A stretch of DNA of 64,000 nt from a virus. Taxonomy: Duplodnaviria; Caudoviricetes. The stretch is taken from IMG/VR virus record IMGVR_UViG_3300035208_008180; one strand, given 5' to 3'. A program made the position numbers and the translations under genes. Below the pieces are notes generated by a model that saw only the letters and a program-made list of their open reading frames with translations, had not been told where the DNA came from and searched no databases. Positions within the stretch are counted from its first letter, which is position 1. Every line of letters starts with the position of its first letter. This document shows positions 1 to 9,191 of this stretch, piece by piece.

Positions 1-212
1 CCGTTTCGCTTATAACAGAATTTGCAGCCGCTTTTGCACTTGCCAGAAGAAATCTCCAAATCTAAAATTTCTGGACCATAGGGCGAAAAAGCAGGATCAT
101 CATCTAAGTTAGTGCCCCATCTTACAAACAATCCATTTTCTTTATGGAAGGTATAGTTATACCCTGAAGAACGCACCATTTTCATCTTAACCGTGTCTTT
201 AATCTGCATCAT
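1..212 (-). CDS. Radical SAM protein, N-terminal part (runs off the window)
   Basis: Manual translation from ATG 212: MMQIKDTVK...RWGTNLDDDP...PEILDLEISSGKCKSGCKFCYKRN, containing the CxxxCxxC motif; absent from the ORF track. Confidence 0.8.
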   Translation of the reverse strand, partial: MMQIKDTVKMKMVRSSGYNYTFHKENGLFVRWGTNLDDDPAFSPYGPEILDLEISSGKCKSGCKFCYKRN

Positions 213-217
213 GCTTC

Positions 218-445
218 CTACAGAACTGATCTAATTGCCAAAACAAAACAACAAATCGTCCCAGCCGCAGATGAGAATGTCAAAAACCAAAGAAGGATGA
301 TGACTGCCCATTCTTTTGCGGTAATATATCCTTTATCGCTTGCCATAAAAGATAAGCAAGAAACGACGAAAAGACAATAGGTAAAAAATCCCATTGCCAC
401 CATACACACCAAATAATACAAGAGCCAAAGAAACCACATTGTCAA
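218..445 (-). CDS. Small membrane protein
   Basis: Two hydrophobic segments; tightly packed with neighbours. Confidence 0.55.
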   Translation of the reverse strand: MTMWFLWLLYYLVCMVAMGFFTYCLFVVSCLSFMASDKGYITAKEWAVIILLWFLTFSSAAGTICCFVLAIRSVL

Positions 446-738
446 TAAGTGGGGTTAATATCCATTACTTGTCTCAAATCCGCATTGGATACGCATACGT
501 TGTGCCCTAGTTTCAAATCGGGAGCAGAAAGCCTAACCGTTGATTTGTTGTTTTCTAAATCTTCTCCCAACACTGTTACTAACAACCATCCTGCCTGGAT
601 AGGGCTATCCTTCACAGCCACAACGTCCCAATAGGGCACATTTATGCTAAAGGATGTGCCATCCATTAGTTTGCCCATTACAACTCGCATGCTGCTGGTT
701 TCTTTGATGATTTGACACGCCAAATATTTTTCACTCAT
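442..738 (-). CDS. Hypothetical protein
   Basis: AGGTAG RBS-like sequence; operon packing. Confidence 0.6.
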   Translation of the reverse strand: MSEKYLACQIIKETSSMRVVMGKLMDGTSFSINVPYWDVVAVKDSPIQAGWLLVTVLGEDLENNKSTVRLSAPDLKLGHNVCVSNADLRQVMDINPTY

Positions 739-751
739 TATTTTCTACCTT

Positions 752-1366
752 TCATGCCGATAGTTTACCACATTTACTTTTTAAATAAAAGACCAATTTT
801 TTCTTCAAATGCGTGTGCTGCGAATAAACTCTCCAGATTAACAAATCGAGTTTTGCCGGGGGTTTGTCAACCAGTTTGCACAATCTGAGGAAACTTGCCT
901 CTATTTCCTTGTACTTTTTTTTACTTCCTGGTGTAGCATTGGGCACATTCATTCCCAAATCCTGTAAAAATTTTAAGATATGCACATCCAAACCAGCACA
1001 ATCAGCATCTTTCCTGCTGTGCATAATAAAGCATCGAGAAGTTTTTCTTCCCAATCCCCAAACACTCTCTAAATCATCTACGGTACAAGTACGGAGATTG
1101 AGATTGCTACGAGCCAATAAATACAAAGTCTTGGCTTTTTGATTAAAACAACCAATGCCACATTTTTTTAACTTGTTGGCAATTCTTTTTTGCCCAAGTT
1201 TTCGCAATACCTCGAAAGGATTGCCAAGAGTGCCCGTCCAGAATTTTTCGAGAGCAACAGAAATTGTAGAGGCTTTTTTGCCCGCTACACATATCCAAAA
1301 AACAAGATGTTCCTCTAATTGTTTGTTGGATAAATTGTATTTTGTAATATCATTAGGATCAACCAT
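752..1366 (-). CDS. HhH-GPD superfamily DNA glycosylase (OGG2/8-oxoguanine glycosylase-like)
   Basis: HhH motif LESVWGLGRKTSRCF followed by LDVHILKFL and a C-terminal LDLLIW. Confidence 0.75.
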   Translation of the reverse strand: MVDPNDITKYNLSNKQLEEHLVFWICVAGKKASTISVALEKFWTGTLGNPFEVLRKLGQKRIANKLKKCGIGCFNQKAKTLYLLARSNLNLRTCTVDDLESVWGLGRKTSRCFIMHSRKDADCAGLDVHILKFLQDLGMNVPNATPGSKKKYKEIEASFLRLCKLVDKPPAKLDLLIWRVYSQHTHLKKKLVFYLKSKCGKLSA

Positions 1367-1386
1367 GTAGGGATTTTATCATAAAT

Positions 1387-2016
1387 TTAAAATTTACGCA
1401 AGTAAATTGCTTCTTCATTGCTCATTGGAACGTTTGTGTATATGGGCAATGTTCTAAAAGTCTCTTCATTTATAAAATCTGTTACTGTTGGTCCTTTTTT
1501 CATTACAACACTACAAAGAAAACTTCCTAAGTAATGAATTTCAAGTCTTAAAGTATTAACTAATAATTCATATCCATTCAATCTAGATAATTCTGCAAAG
1601 AAAGCAGGTCTGTAATAATAACACTCTTTGTGTCCATCGAAATACGGCTGGCCAGGAAGTTCATGCAGAAATAACCCTCCTGGCTTCACTAAATCATGTG
1701 CATTTTTAAAAAGATGATATTGATTAGACACATGCTCTCCAAACCCAATATCAGTCAATACGTCAAAATTTAATTTTAAATACGAGTGCGAGTCTGGAAT
1801 TGGCTGAGACATATCTAACGGTAATGCACCTCCCTTTCCATTGATATCAATAGAAGTATGATCTATACCAGCTAGTTCAAAAAAGCTCTTTATCCAATGA
1901 TAGGATAATTCATGTCCTACATAAATTTCTTGATCTCCAAGTTCAATCATTTTTAAACCTGGATACAACACCAAGTTGCGATTAAAAAACTCTAATACAC
2001 CAGCAGTAATTCCCAT
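1387..2016 (-). CDS. Class I SAM-dependent methyltransferase-like protein
   Basis: MIELG...SIDING...FDVLTD...EHV...LVKPGGLFLH pattern. Confidence 0.65.
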   Translation of the reverse strand: MGITAGVLEFFNRNLVLYPGLKMIELGDQEIYVGHELSYHWIKSFFELAGIDHTSIDINGKGGALPLDMSQPIPDSHSYLKLNFDVLTDIGFGEHVSNQYHLFKNAHDLVKPGGLFLHELPGQPYFDGHKECYYYRPAFFAELSRLNGYELLVNTLRLEIHYLGSFLCSVVMKKGPTVTDFINEETFRTLPIYTNVPMSNEEAIYLRKF

Positions 2017-2664
2017 TTATATCTCCATAATTTCTGAAACTTCTGGATATACTTGTCCTAATTCAAAATCTAAATATTTTGTAAATACATAAGCTATTTT
2101 TTCTCTCTTTTTACCATACTGATCCCATCCTATGACGTTTTTATTTCTTAACTCAGCCTCCTTTATACCGGGCAAAGGAGCTTTAAGACGAAATCTTAAA
2201 TTCAAATAAGGCTCTTTGTGATGTTTGGCTATTTCTCCCTTCCAAGGTGAATCACCAGTTGCAACTAAAGGTTCGGTTGTTACTAAATCTTTGCCAGCCC
2301 CTTCTATAAATTGTTGCCAAACTCTTTTGGCATCTGCGTTTATTTCTCTGGCAACTCGATTGGGAATTAAACCATTGGGGGATCGATGCATTAGCAACAA
2401 ATAAAGCAATGGTCCATAACCATGCTGACTAGCTATTCCTGTGCTTTCATTGGCATTATGGATACTATTTTTGCGGAAAGAAGCCGCTCCCACAATAGTC
2501 TTCATCATTTCTTGCCAATCGCCTTTTTCTAAAGCAATTTTCATAGCATCGGCGTTGTAGAGTCCCACTAAACGGGCATCATTAAATAGTGCCACATTAG
2601 AAAGGCCCTGCATAGCCATTTCCAAATATTGTTCTTCTCGGTATTCTTGAAATGTTTTAATCAT
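2017..2664 (-). CDS. Hypothetical protein with capsid-targeting-like N-terminus (MIKTFQEYREE)
   Basis: Start refined to ATG 2664, overlapping the upstream stop. Confidence 0.6.
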   Translation of the reverse strand: MIKTFQEYREEQYLEMAMQGLSNVALFNDARLVGLYNADAMKIALEKGDWQEMMKTIVGAASFRKNSIHNANESTGIASQHGYGPLLYLLLMHRSPNGLIPNRVAREINADAKRVWQQFIEGAGKDLVTTEPLVATGDSPWKGEIAKHHKEPYLNLRFRLKAPLPGIKEAELRNKNVIGWDQYGKKREKIAYVFTKYLDFELGQVYPEVSEIMEI

Positions 2665-2951
2665 TTTCCACAACTAAAAGCTAAAATAAATCCAGCCAAA
2701 CAAGCCGCTGGGAGTATCAACCCCCACAGCCAACGTAAACTGCCTCTATATGCACCAATAAGGCTCAATATCCACGCTATGATCCAAGCTGGTATCCATA
2801 ATAAAATGCAATCAACAGCTAAATACGCTGTCCAGTCCGCATATGGACTATCCAATAGCATGGCAGAAAACAATGCTGGCAATATATCAAGCCCAATAGC
2901 CAAAACAGCTATTACACCTACAGCTTCACAGGCTTTTTTTGATTTTTCCAT
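2661..2951 (-). CDS. Membrane protein
   Basis: Three hydrophobic segments. Confidence 0.55.
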   Translation of the reverse strand: MEKSKKACEAVGVIAVLAIGLDILPALFSAMLLDSPYADWTAYLAVDCILLWIPAWIIAWILSLIGAYRGSLRWLWGLILPAACLAGFILAFSCGK

Positions 2952-2968
2952 AACTCTATATATCTTTG

Positions 2969-3580
2969 ATGAATCGACTTATCTTTATTATAATTATACT
3001 GAATCAGATATTAATGGCAACTCTTGTTCATTGCAAAAGATATCCTGTGCCGGAAAGTTTTATGATACAAAACTTCCCCACCATTACACAACCAGATGAT
3101 ATTTCTTGTGGACCCACAAGTTGTGTAATGGTTGCTGAATATTATGGCAAAAAACTAACGGTTGTAGAAGCAAAAAAACTCGGGAAAACTATCTGGGGAA
3201 CATATAAAGGAAAAGAAATAGGCATGACATCTCCAGATTATGTTCCTGTTATTTTGCAAAAAGTGGGTTTATCTATCACGTTAGAAAAAGGTAATCTAAA
3301 TAAATTGCAGCATTATGTCTCCCTCAATAAGCCAATTATGGTGCTTGTGCGTACTGGGGATAAATTTTGGCATTATGTAGTAGTTATTGGCTATAATCAA
3401 GATAAAATCTTTATTTCTGACCCTGGTTTTGGCGAAATTTACAGCATATCGAATAAAGATTTCTTGTCCGCATGGAGTTTTTCTGGTACTTTGCGTGGCG
3501 AAAAAATACCAACAAATTTGTATGGAATGATAGTAGAATGGGCAGATGTTAAAGGAAATTTAATGTTTGTCCCTAAATAA
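2969..3580 (+). CDS. C39-family cysteine peptidase-like protein
   Basis: Q-x4-SCGPTS, HYVVVIGY and ISDPG motifs (Cys-His-Asp); hydrophobic N-terminus. Confidence 0.8.
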   Translation: MNRLIFIIIILNQILMATLVHCKRYPVPESFMIQNFPTITQPDDISCGPTSCVMVAEYYGKKLTVVEAKKLGKTIWGTYKGKEIGMTSPDYVPVILQKVGLSITLEKGNLNKLQHYVSLNKPIMVLVRTGDKFWHYVVVIGYNQDKIFISDPGFGEIYSISNKDFLSAWSFSGTLRGEKIPTNLYGMIVEWADVKGNLMFVPK

Positions 3581-3584
3581 TAAT

Positions 3585-4328
3585 ATGAATTTCAAACAAT
3601 GGCTAGAATCAGTAGGAATTATAGGCTCTGTACCCGAAGCTTTAAGCACTTTGGGGCTAAAACCAGGGGCATCTAAAGAAGAAATTGCAAAAGCATTTAG
3701 AGCAATGTCTATGCGACACCATTCTGATGTAGGCGGCTCTGATACTATACAAAAACGACTTAATGCTGCATTTGACCTGTTAAAGAGTCGTGATTTTCAG
3801 ACGGCTGGCGGTAGAGGACCAGAGTGGAATCCACCTGAACCTCCTAGATGGGATGGAAGCAATGGGCCGGGAGCACGTTGGGCTGCTTATCAACAAAGAA
3901 GAAATAATGATTTGCCACCTTGGCAAACAGACGAAAGATCATCTAATAACTCAGTTGGCGGCAGTCGCAAAAACATTAATTATTGCTTGAAGGAAATATA
4001 TGAAAAAGCAATGGAAAATGGCGGCAATGTTAAAAAATATACTTTTGACGCTTTTGATGGAAGATTTTTCAGAGGAATATTCACTGCTTATTGCAACCCA
4101 CAAACATTAGGCTTTGCTGGCGAAGTAATGGATGATTGGAATAGTAAGGGAGCTAATTCATACGAAACTTATGCGGTACTAGCATCAAGAGACAATTCTG
4201 CACTTCTTGTTCGGTTACGAGGAAAAGATGTGTCAAATATGCATATGGGCTGGGAATTTTCCAATGAAGATAGAAATAGTGAGCATTGGAGAAGAGAATT
4301 TAAAAAAGAATTAGATGAAATTCAATAG
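3585..4328 (+). CDS. J-domain (DnaJ-like) protein with HSD in place of HPD
   Basis: ALSTLGLKPGASKEEIAKAFRAMSMRHHSDVGG...LNAAFDLL; start refined to MNFKQWLE. Confidence 0.75.
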   Translation: MNFKQWLESVGIIGSVPEALSTLGLKPGASKEEIAKAFRAMSMRHHSDVGGSDTIQKRLNAAFDLLKSRDFQTAGGRGPEWNPPEPPRWDGSNGPGARWAAYQQRRNNDLPPWQTDERSSNNSVGGSRKNINYCLKEIYEKAMENGGNVKKYTFDAFDGRFFRGIFTAYCNPQTLGFAGEVMDDWNSKGANSYETYAVLASRDNSALLVRLRGKDVSNMHMGWEFSNEDRNSEHWRREFKKELDEIQ

Positions 4329-4408
4329 TTCATACTACATTAAATTTACATTCCGGTGAAATATTCAATTTCACCACTTATCACACCTTTTTATAAATCG
4401 GAGGTTCT

Positions 4409-4993
4409 ATGTCTCAGAGTATGGGCATTGGTGCTCTTGGCGGCGGCGACGTAACATTCGCCAGAAAGTTTCGTTGGATACTTTCAAGTAAAGAAATTCC
4501 TTTAGAGATTATAACACAAACCGTTCATGTAGATTTTATTAATAAGTTTTTAAAACTTGATATAATGATGGTTTATTGCGAAAACAAGGATGTAATGGTC
4601 GATGAATGGCTAGGAAAAATAATTGACAAAACGATTAGAGAAAAACTTTGTCTCACCACATATGACGGATGTGGCAATGCTTTAGATCAATATACATTTG
4701 ATATTGACGACGTGAAAGAACAAGCAATGGATTTCGATTACGCCAGCAACGATGTTCTTAATATGAATGTAGTCTTGTCATTTAGACAATATGGGCGTCA
4801 GTTTTGCCTTAGGAAAAAACTTGGCGACAAACTTGAAGCAACGAAATGCTCGACAACACTGCCGCCACCGGGCGAGCTTAAAAGACTTAAAGATTTAAAT
4901 GGGACTTTTGAAGAAACAACAGTCCATCACTTAAATGGCTCAGTCGTATTGCCAGGAAGGTTTATAAACAAAAATGAACTATCAAGACAATAA
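4409..4993 (+). CDS. Divergent gp19-like tail tube paralog
   Basis: Shares RKFRW, YDGCGN and the C-terminal strands with 49466-49972 and 50053-50610. Confidence 0.65.
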   Translation: MSQSMGIGALGGGDVTFARKFRWILSSKEIPLEIITQTVHVDFINKFLKLDIMMVYCENKDVMVDEWLGKIIDKTIREKLCLTTYDGCGNALDQYTFDIDDVKEQAMDFDYASNDVLNMNVVLSFRQYGRQFCLRKKLGDKLEATKCSTTLPPPGELKRLKDLNGTFEETTVHHLNGSVVLPGRFINKNELSRQ

Positions 4994-5165
4994 TTTGGGG
5001 AATAGCAAACCCCAGAGTTGCAAAACCCAGATTGCGTAGTGATTTTTTCCAATACTTGTCCCAGGAAGAACCATCAGCCCGTTTGAAAATTAAGCCTGTG
5101 CCGAATATTAGCACAACTATAAATACATATAGGGCTGCTACCACCCAATAATTTGGAAGACTCAT
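4962..5165 (-). CDS. Small membrane protein
   Basis: Two hydrophobic helices. Confidence 0.55.
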   Translation of the reverse strand: MSLPNYWVVAALYVFIVVLIFGTGLIFKRADGSSWDKYWKKSLRNLGFATLGFAIPQIIVLIVHFCL

Positions 5166-5473
5166 AAGGACTCAACGGTAATGGTGATGCGATAAGATTT
5201 ATTACGTCCCACTTTTAATTTCTTCATGATGTCATCGGGGTAAAGACGGGCAAGAGTTGCCTTGGCCATTCTAATGGAGGTTTTGTGATATTCCTCTAGC
5301 CCGTCTTCTACCTCTTCATTCTCGCAAGTTTGCACTGCACGTAAAAAATCTACATCCATAGCATGTGATTTTTTACCAACGATAGCCTTTCGTTGGTCCA
5401 CGGGAACATCATCCCAACAGAAACATTCTGAATCGCCACTTTGACGACCTATAAATGATATACTACGGCTCAT
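5162..5473 (-). CDS. Hypothetical protein
   Basis: Start refined to ATG 5473 (ATGA overlap with the upstream stop). Confidence 0.55.
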   Translation of the reverse strand: MSRSISFIGRQSGDSECFCWDDVPVDQRKAIVGKKSHAMDVDFLRAVQTCENEEVEDGLEEYHKTSIRMAKATLARLYPDDIMKKLKVGRNKSYRITITVESL

Positions 5474-5661
5474 CCCGTTCGCTCCCTTCCGCATTTTGCA
5501 CAACGAAAAGGCCCTGTGTAAAGAAACCCTTCAAGTCTTGTGAGATTTGGTGGAGGAACTGGTTTCATTCCTTTTGGGAATGGAATCCTCTCACGAAGAA
5601 CATCTTCATAATAGTCGCAATCACAAATGACTGGACGATTTGCAGAACGATCTTCAGGCAT
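5470..5661 (-). CDS. Small Cys-containing hypothetical protein
   Basis: Start refined to MPEDRS directly after the csrA stop; CDC...CAKC. Confidence 0.5.
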   Translation of the reverse strand: MPEDRSANRPVICDCDYYEDVLRERIPFPKGMKPVPPPNLTRLEGFLYTGPFRCAKCGRERTG

Positions 5662-5662
5662 A

Positions 5663-5842
5663 TTATTCCTGCGGAGCGGGCTCTCTATGGATAGCGTCGA
5701 ACACTTCACGGCGATGGACGGGCACCTCCTTGGGGGCCTCGACACCCAATCGTACCTTGTCACCTCTAATCTCCACTACAGTGATTGTAATATCGTCGTT
5801 GATTACAATCGATTCGTTTTTCTTGCGGCTAAGTACCAGCAT
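5663..5842 (-). CDS. csrA: Carbon storage regulator CsrA/RsmA (59 aa, below the ORF-track cutoff)
   Basis: [59 protein letters not shown]; AAAGGAG RBS. Confidence 0.95.
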   Translation of the reverse strand: MLVLSRKKNESIVINDDITITVVEIRGDKVRLGVEAPKEVPVHRREVFDAIHREPAPQE

Positions 5843-5877
5843 GATACACTCCTTTGTTGAAGAAAGTAACTAAACTA

Positions 5878-5906
5878 AGTATAGCAACTTGAAGGTCAAC
5901 TGTCAA
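5878..5906 (-). promoter_or_regulatory. Sigma-70-type promoter for csrA
   Basis: TTGACA-17 nt-TATACT. Confidence 0.75.
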
Positions 5907-6206
5907 TTACACTTTAAAGGATAGCTCGCTGCCTGGACTCGCTTCATCGATCTCTATAACCCTATAATTACATATGCCCGAGACCAAATAGCCTATTACA
6001 GCTTGTTGTCGGCTATCAAGTTGTCTTTTCAAATCAGCAATGTCATCCAACATTTGGTCAGGACAGTCTCCAAAATCAGCAAACTCTTCCGCCATTTGAA
6101 CCACTAAATCAATGCATTTCTTATATGGTTTTGGACCTTTTTTACAAGGTGTTTTGATTGCTGTTTTTTTCTTTGGTGTTTTTTTCACTGATGTTTTTTT
6201 ATTCAT
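5907..6206 (-). CDS. Hypothetical protein with Lys-rich N-terminus
   Basis: AAGGA RBS before ATG 6206. Confidence 0.55.
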   Translation of the reverse strand: MNKKTSVKKTPKKKTAIKTPCKKGPKPYKKCIDLVVQMAEEFADFGDCPDQMLDDIADLKRQLDSRQQAVIGYLVSGICNYRVIEIDEASPGSELSFKV

Positions 6207-6220
6207 AATTTTCCTTATTT

Positions 6221-6667
6221 TTAACATGCATATTCTCCTGTGAAAAAATCTGCCTCCCTTCCAAAGAGAGCCATCATTTTTTCATTCACTTCTTTAAGCT
6301 CATCTAATCGATTCACAGCAGCCCTTTTGCCGCCTCGTCCTTTTAGATTATTACCTATATAGACACCATCACCCAAATCCGTTTCAGAATACAACACCCA
6401 ACCAAGCTCATTGAGTTTTTCTTCTCTTTCTTCATAGTCGGGGGCTTTGTGTCCACGTACTGTGCGATACGACTTTACGCCACACTCAGGACAGAATTTC
6501 ATATTGCCCCGATTAAATTCATGTTTGCAATTGGGCACCTGTGTGTCGGGTTCTGGTTTGAAATCGGGAAACAAAACTTTGGTTAACTCATCCCAAGTAG
6601 TTTGCACCCCAAAAATAGAAAAAGAACTGCTACTGCTGTTAGACACAAATCCCAAACGAACTTTCAT
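6221..6667 (-). CDS. Phage protein of the MKxRxGFVSNSSSSSF family with a Zn ribbon
   Basis: N-terminal FVSNSSSSSF motif; CxH...CPEC. Confidence 0.7.
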   Translation of the reverse strand: MKVRLGFVSNSSSSSFSIFGVQTTWDELTKVLFPDFKPEPDTQVPNCKHEFNRGNMKFCPECGVKSYRTVRGHKAPDYEEREEKLNELGWVLYSETDLGDGVYIGNNLKGRGGKRAAVNRLDELKEVNEKMMALFGREADFFTGEYAC

Positions 6668-6676
6668 GGTTTTCTC

Positions 6677-6883
6677 CTAATGGTCAGATAATTCGTGCCA
6701 AGGCACCCAATTGTCGGGTACTTCTACTGGTTCTCTAAACTGATAATTGTGTTGCTCACCATCTTCCTGAGCAGATTCCTTTGTGTCGAAAGGCCCTCTG
6801 GGAATCCAATTATGGTCACATCTAAAATACCAGTAAACCCATTTCATAGAGCCTCTTATACCATAAAGTTTATGATTGTGCAA
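6677..6883 (-). CDS. Hypothetical protein
   Basis: ORF only; start uncertain. Confidence 0.45.
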   Translation of the reverse strand: MHNHKLYGIRGSMKWVYWYFRCDHNWIPRGPFDTKESAQEDGEQHNYQFREPVEVPDNWVPWHELSDH

Positions 6884-6910
6884 GGTATATAGAAATAGGA
6901 GGACAAAACA

Positions 6911-7105
6911 ATGTTAGCATTACTTTGTGTTATTGTGGGGGCTTTTCTTTTAGGCAAAGCATTTGCCAAGAAGAATAATCAAGAAAAGGGTATTGTCGTT
7001 ATTTTGGGCGGAACTCTTTTACTAATCTACTTTTTCCCTGGGATTGCACTATTGATTCTGGGATTAGTATTATTGTCGTTCTTTGGGGTGAGTTTTGGAT
7101 TTTAA
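6911..7105 (+). CDS. Small membrane protein
   Basis: AGGAGG RBS; hydrophobic. Confidence 0.65.
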   Translation: MLALLCVIVGAFLLGKAFAKKNNQEKGIVVILGGTLLLIYFFPGIALLILGLVLLSFFGVSFGF

Positions 7106-7309
7106 AGTTACAATAATAGCTCCTAAATTCCAATCATTTTCCACCGCATAAGAAAAATTATGTCGATCTAGCACATCTTTGACTAATTGCTGCATTATTG
7201 GGCTGTTGCCCGTTATTATCCGAGCAGGCAGATTTTTGAGAAAAACAAAATTCTCAACCAATCTGTCTACTTGATGATGCCTAACACTATGTAGGTCTAA
7301 TTCATCCAT
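7070..7309 (-). CDS. Stand-alone Smr-domain protein
   Basis: MDELDLHSV...RIITGNS...LVKDVL...NLGAIIVTL; the longer track ORF overlaps a tRNA. Confidence 0.7.
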   Translation of the reverse strand: MDELDLHSVRHHQVDRLVENFVFLKNLPARIITGNSPIMQQLVKDVLDRHNFSYAVENDWNLGAIIVTLKSKTHPKERQ

Positions 7310-7311
7310 AG

Positions 7312-7401
7312 CGGAGACTAAAGGAATCGAACCTTCACCGGGGTTTAAGCCGGGCTTGTTTTCGAAACAAGTGCGACAAAGCCAATATTCGCCTAATCTC
7401 C
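7312..7401 (-). tRNA. tRNA-Ser(CGA)
   Basis: Cloverleaf; anticodon arm CTTGT-TTCGAAA-ACAAG; long V arm; G73. Confidence 0.9.
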
Positions 7402-7839
7402 ATTTTTTGTCAATTCGTTCCAAGAACCAATTCTTTTCCAATGAACACTGCCTTTGGAAAGTTTATTGAAAAACGCCTGTGTTATACAAACCTCACAATT
7501 TTGTATAAACATCTCTCCTTCTTCTGCTTTTAAAGGATCGTTCCATCTATTTCCATCAAACAGAGCTATTAGAACAAAAGTCTCACTGGCCACCTGTGCC
7601 AGTATCCAATAGCCATGTTCATTATGAAATATATCACCACTTTTATACATCATTGGTGGTAATCTACAGAGCGTTGGTTTGCCCAAGGGAATTTCAGCAC
7701 AGGGATTTTGCACTTTGGATCGAACCTTTGGTTCCAATGGAATTTCACTGTAATAGTCCCAATTACGATTCTGTCCATATTGTTCTTCCAACCACTTATT
7801 ATAGCATTCTTCGTCTTCAATGTATGGATTGGAATACAT
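7393..7839 (-). CDS. Hypothetical protein
   Basis: ORF; its stop codon lies inside the 5' end of tRNA-Ser(CGA). Confidence 0.55.
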   Translation of the reverse strand: MYSNPYIEDEECYNKWLEEQYGQNRNWDYYSEIPLEPKVRSKVQNPCAEIPLGKPTLCRLPPMMYKSGDIFHNEHGYWILAQVASETFVLIALFDGNRWNDPLKAEEGEMFIQNCEVCITQAFFNKLSKGSVHWKRIGSWNELTKNGD

Positions 7840-7841
7840 GC

Positions 7842-8405
7842 TTATTTTTTCACAAATGAGAAACCAGCAAGGTCTTCATTTTGGCTTTCTCTGTCTTGGT
7901 CGAAACCATGAAAAAGATGATCCAATATTGCTTTGCTGTCTACCAATCCACAATGCTTGTAATGTACCACTTTCTCTCCACCATGTCGCACCACAACAAT
8001 TATTGCTTTGATTCTAATGAGCCAATCTACCACATGCTTATAAAGCAATGCATCCATTCCCTTATCTGTCATTTCTTCTATTGTTAGTAATTCGTATTCC
8101 TTATAATAACCACGAGGGGTTATGATAAAACCACAACGATCAGGACGGAGGTTGGCTGCTAATTTCTTGTTTCGTAGCCATGTGCATTTATAATCTCTGC
8201 ACAACTGGGGACGGGTTTCATAACAATCACAACCCCCACCCTCTCTTATGTATGCACACATTGCTTTTGCAGGTTTGTCCCCTTGTTCAAAAAGAAAACA
8301 ACAGGCATAACAATCACCACAACTATGTGGACGATCTCGAAATAATTGCTGCTTTTTATTCCGCTCAGCAGCTTTCTTTTTCTTTTTTTCTAGCTTTTTA
8401 TTCAT
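7842..8405 (-). CDS. YkgJ-like CxxCxxCC cysteine-cluster protein
   Basis: CGDCYACC...CYETRPQLCRDYKC; start refined to just after the tRNA. Confidence 0.7.
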   Translation of the reverse strand: MNKKLEKKKKKAAERNKKQQLFRDRPHSCGDCYACCFLFEQGDKPAKAMCAYIREGGGCDCYETRPQLCRDYKCTWLRNKKLAANLRPDRCGFIITPRGYYKEYELLTIEEMTDKGMDALLYKHVVDWLIRIKAIIVVVRHGGEKVVHYKHCGLVDSKAILDHLFHGFDQDRESQNEDLAGFSFVKK

Positions 8406-8407
8406 AG

Positions 8408-8490
8408 TGCCCAGGACAGGAGTCGAACCTGCACGGGATTGCTCCCGCCAGCCCCTCAAGCTGGTGCGGCTGCCATTTCGCCACCTGGGC
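8408..8490 (-). tRNA. tRNA-Leu(GAG), long V arm
   Basis: CCAGC-TTGAGGG-GCTGG; GGTTCGACTCC; A73. Confidence 0.92.
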
Positions 8491-9111
8491 TTACAAATGT
8501 TGCTTATCTATCCAACCCCTGCTTTTTCTTCCTTTGCCACGATTTCTTCCAGCGAAGGTAGGCAATTGCATATCGCAGTTACCACAAACCAACCTTACAT
8601 TTTCTAATCTATGGTCTTCGGGATCGCCGTTGATGTGATCCAAAATAAGCGGGATAGGTTTTCCCATCCATTCGCTATTATTGCAGATTTCACATTGCCT
8701 TCCTCTAGTTTCAGCTAAATACTTTTTCGCCATGCTCGGATTATATCCGTAACCACAATTGGTTGGCAACAAAGCATTACTACTCTCGATCAATTCCTTC
8801 TTTTTCTTCCATTTCGATTCATTATTGCAGGCGTAGGAACAGTATTTTTTGTTCGTGGTTAAAGAGCCACAATTTAAACACTTGCAAAGTACCGGGCTTT
8901 GGGTGTTCCTCGCCACTCCTTTGTTGTTGAAGCTTGCCGAACAGCCACTACTACAGAAGTCATTCCTTCTTTTCTCATACGCTATTGTGAGTCCACAATT
9001 TTTACATAATTTAGGCTTCAGCAAGTACCGATCAAGGCATCTTTTGTGCTTTTCTCGCTGATAATGTCTGTTTTTTAATCCGCCTAATCTTCCACATTCG
9101 CTTTTATTCAT
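8491..9111 (-). CDS. HNH homing endonuclease with N-terminal Zn-finger repeats
   Basis: CEIC...LILDHINGD...NVRLVCGNCD. Confidence 0.85.
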   Translation of the reverse strand: MNKSECGRLGGLKNRHYQREKHKRCLDRYLLKPKLCKNCGLTIAYEKRRNDFCSSGCSASFNNKGVARNTQSPVLCKCLNCGSLTTNKKYCSYACNNESKWKKKKELIESSNALLPTNCGYGYNPSMAKKYLAETRGRQCEICNNSEWMGKPIPLILDHINGDPEDHRLENVRLVCGNCDMQLPTFAGRNRGKGRKSRGWIDKQHL

Positions 9112-9191
9112 TGCTACCTCTGTTTCTTGAAAATAATTATAAGATTATATAGTAATCCTACATTCATTTTTCGAGAAACAAATTTGGCAAG

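Noticed and set aside
5470-5873. Track ORFs 5470-5763 (long form), 5627-5860 and 5640-5873
   Set aside because: They overlap the clear csrA gene in other frames or on the other strand
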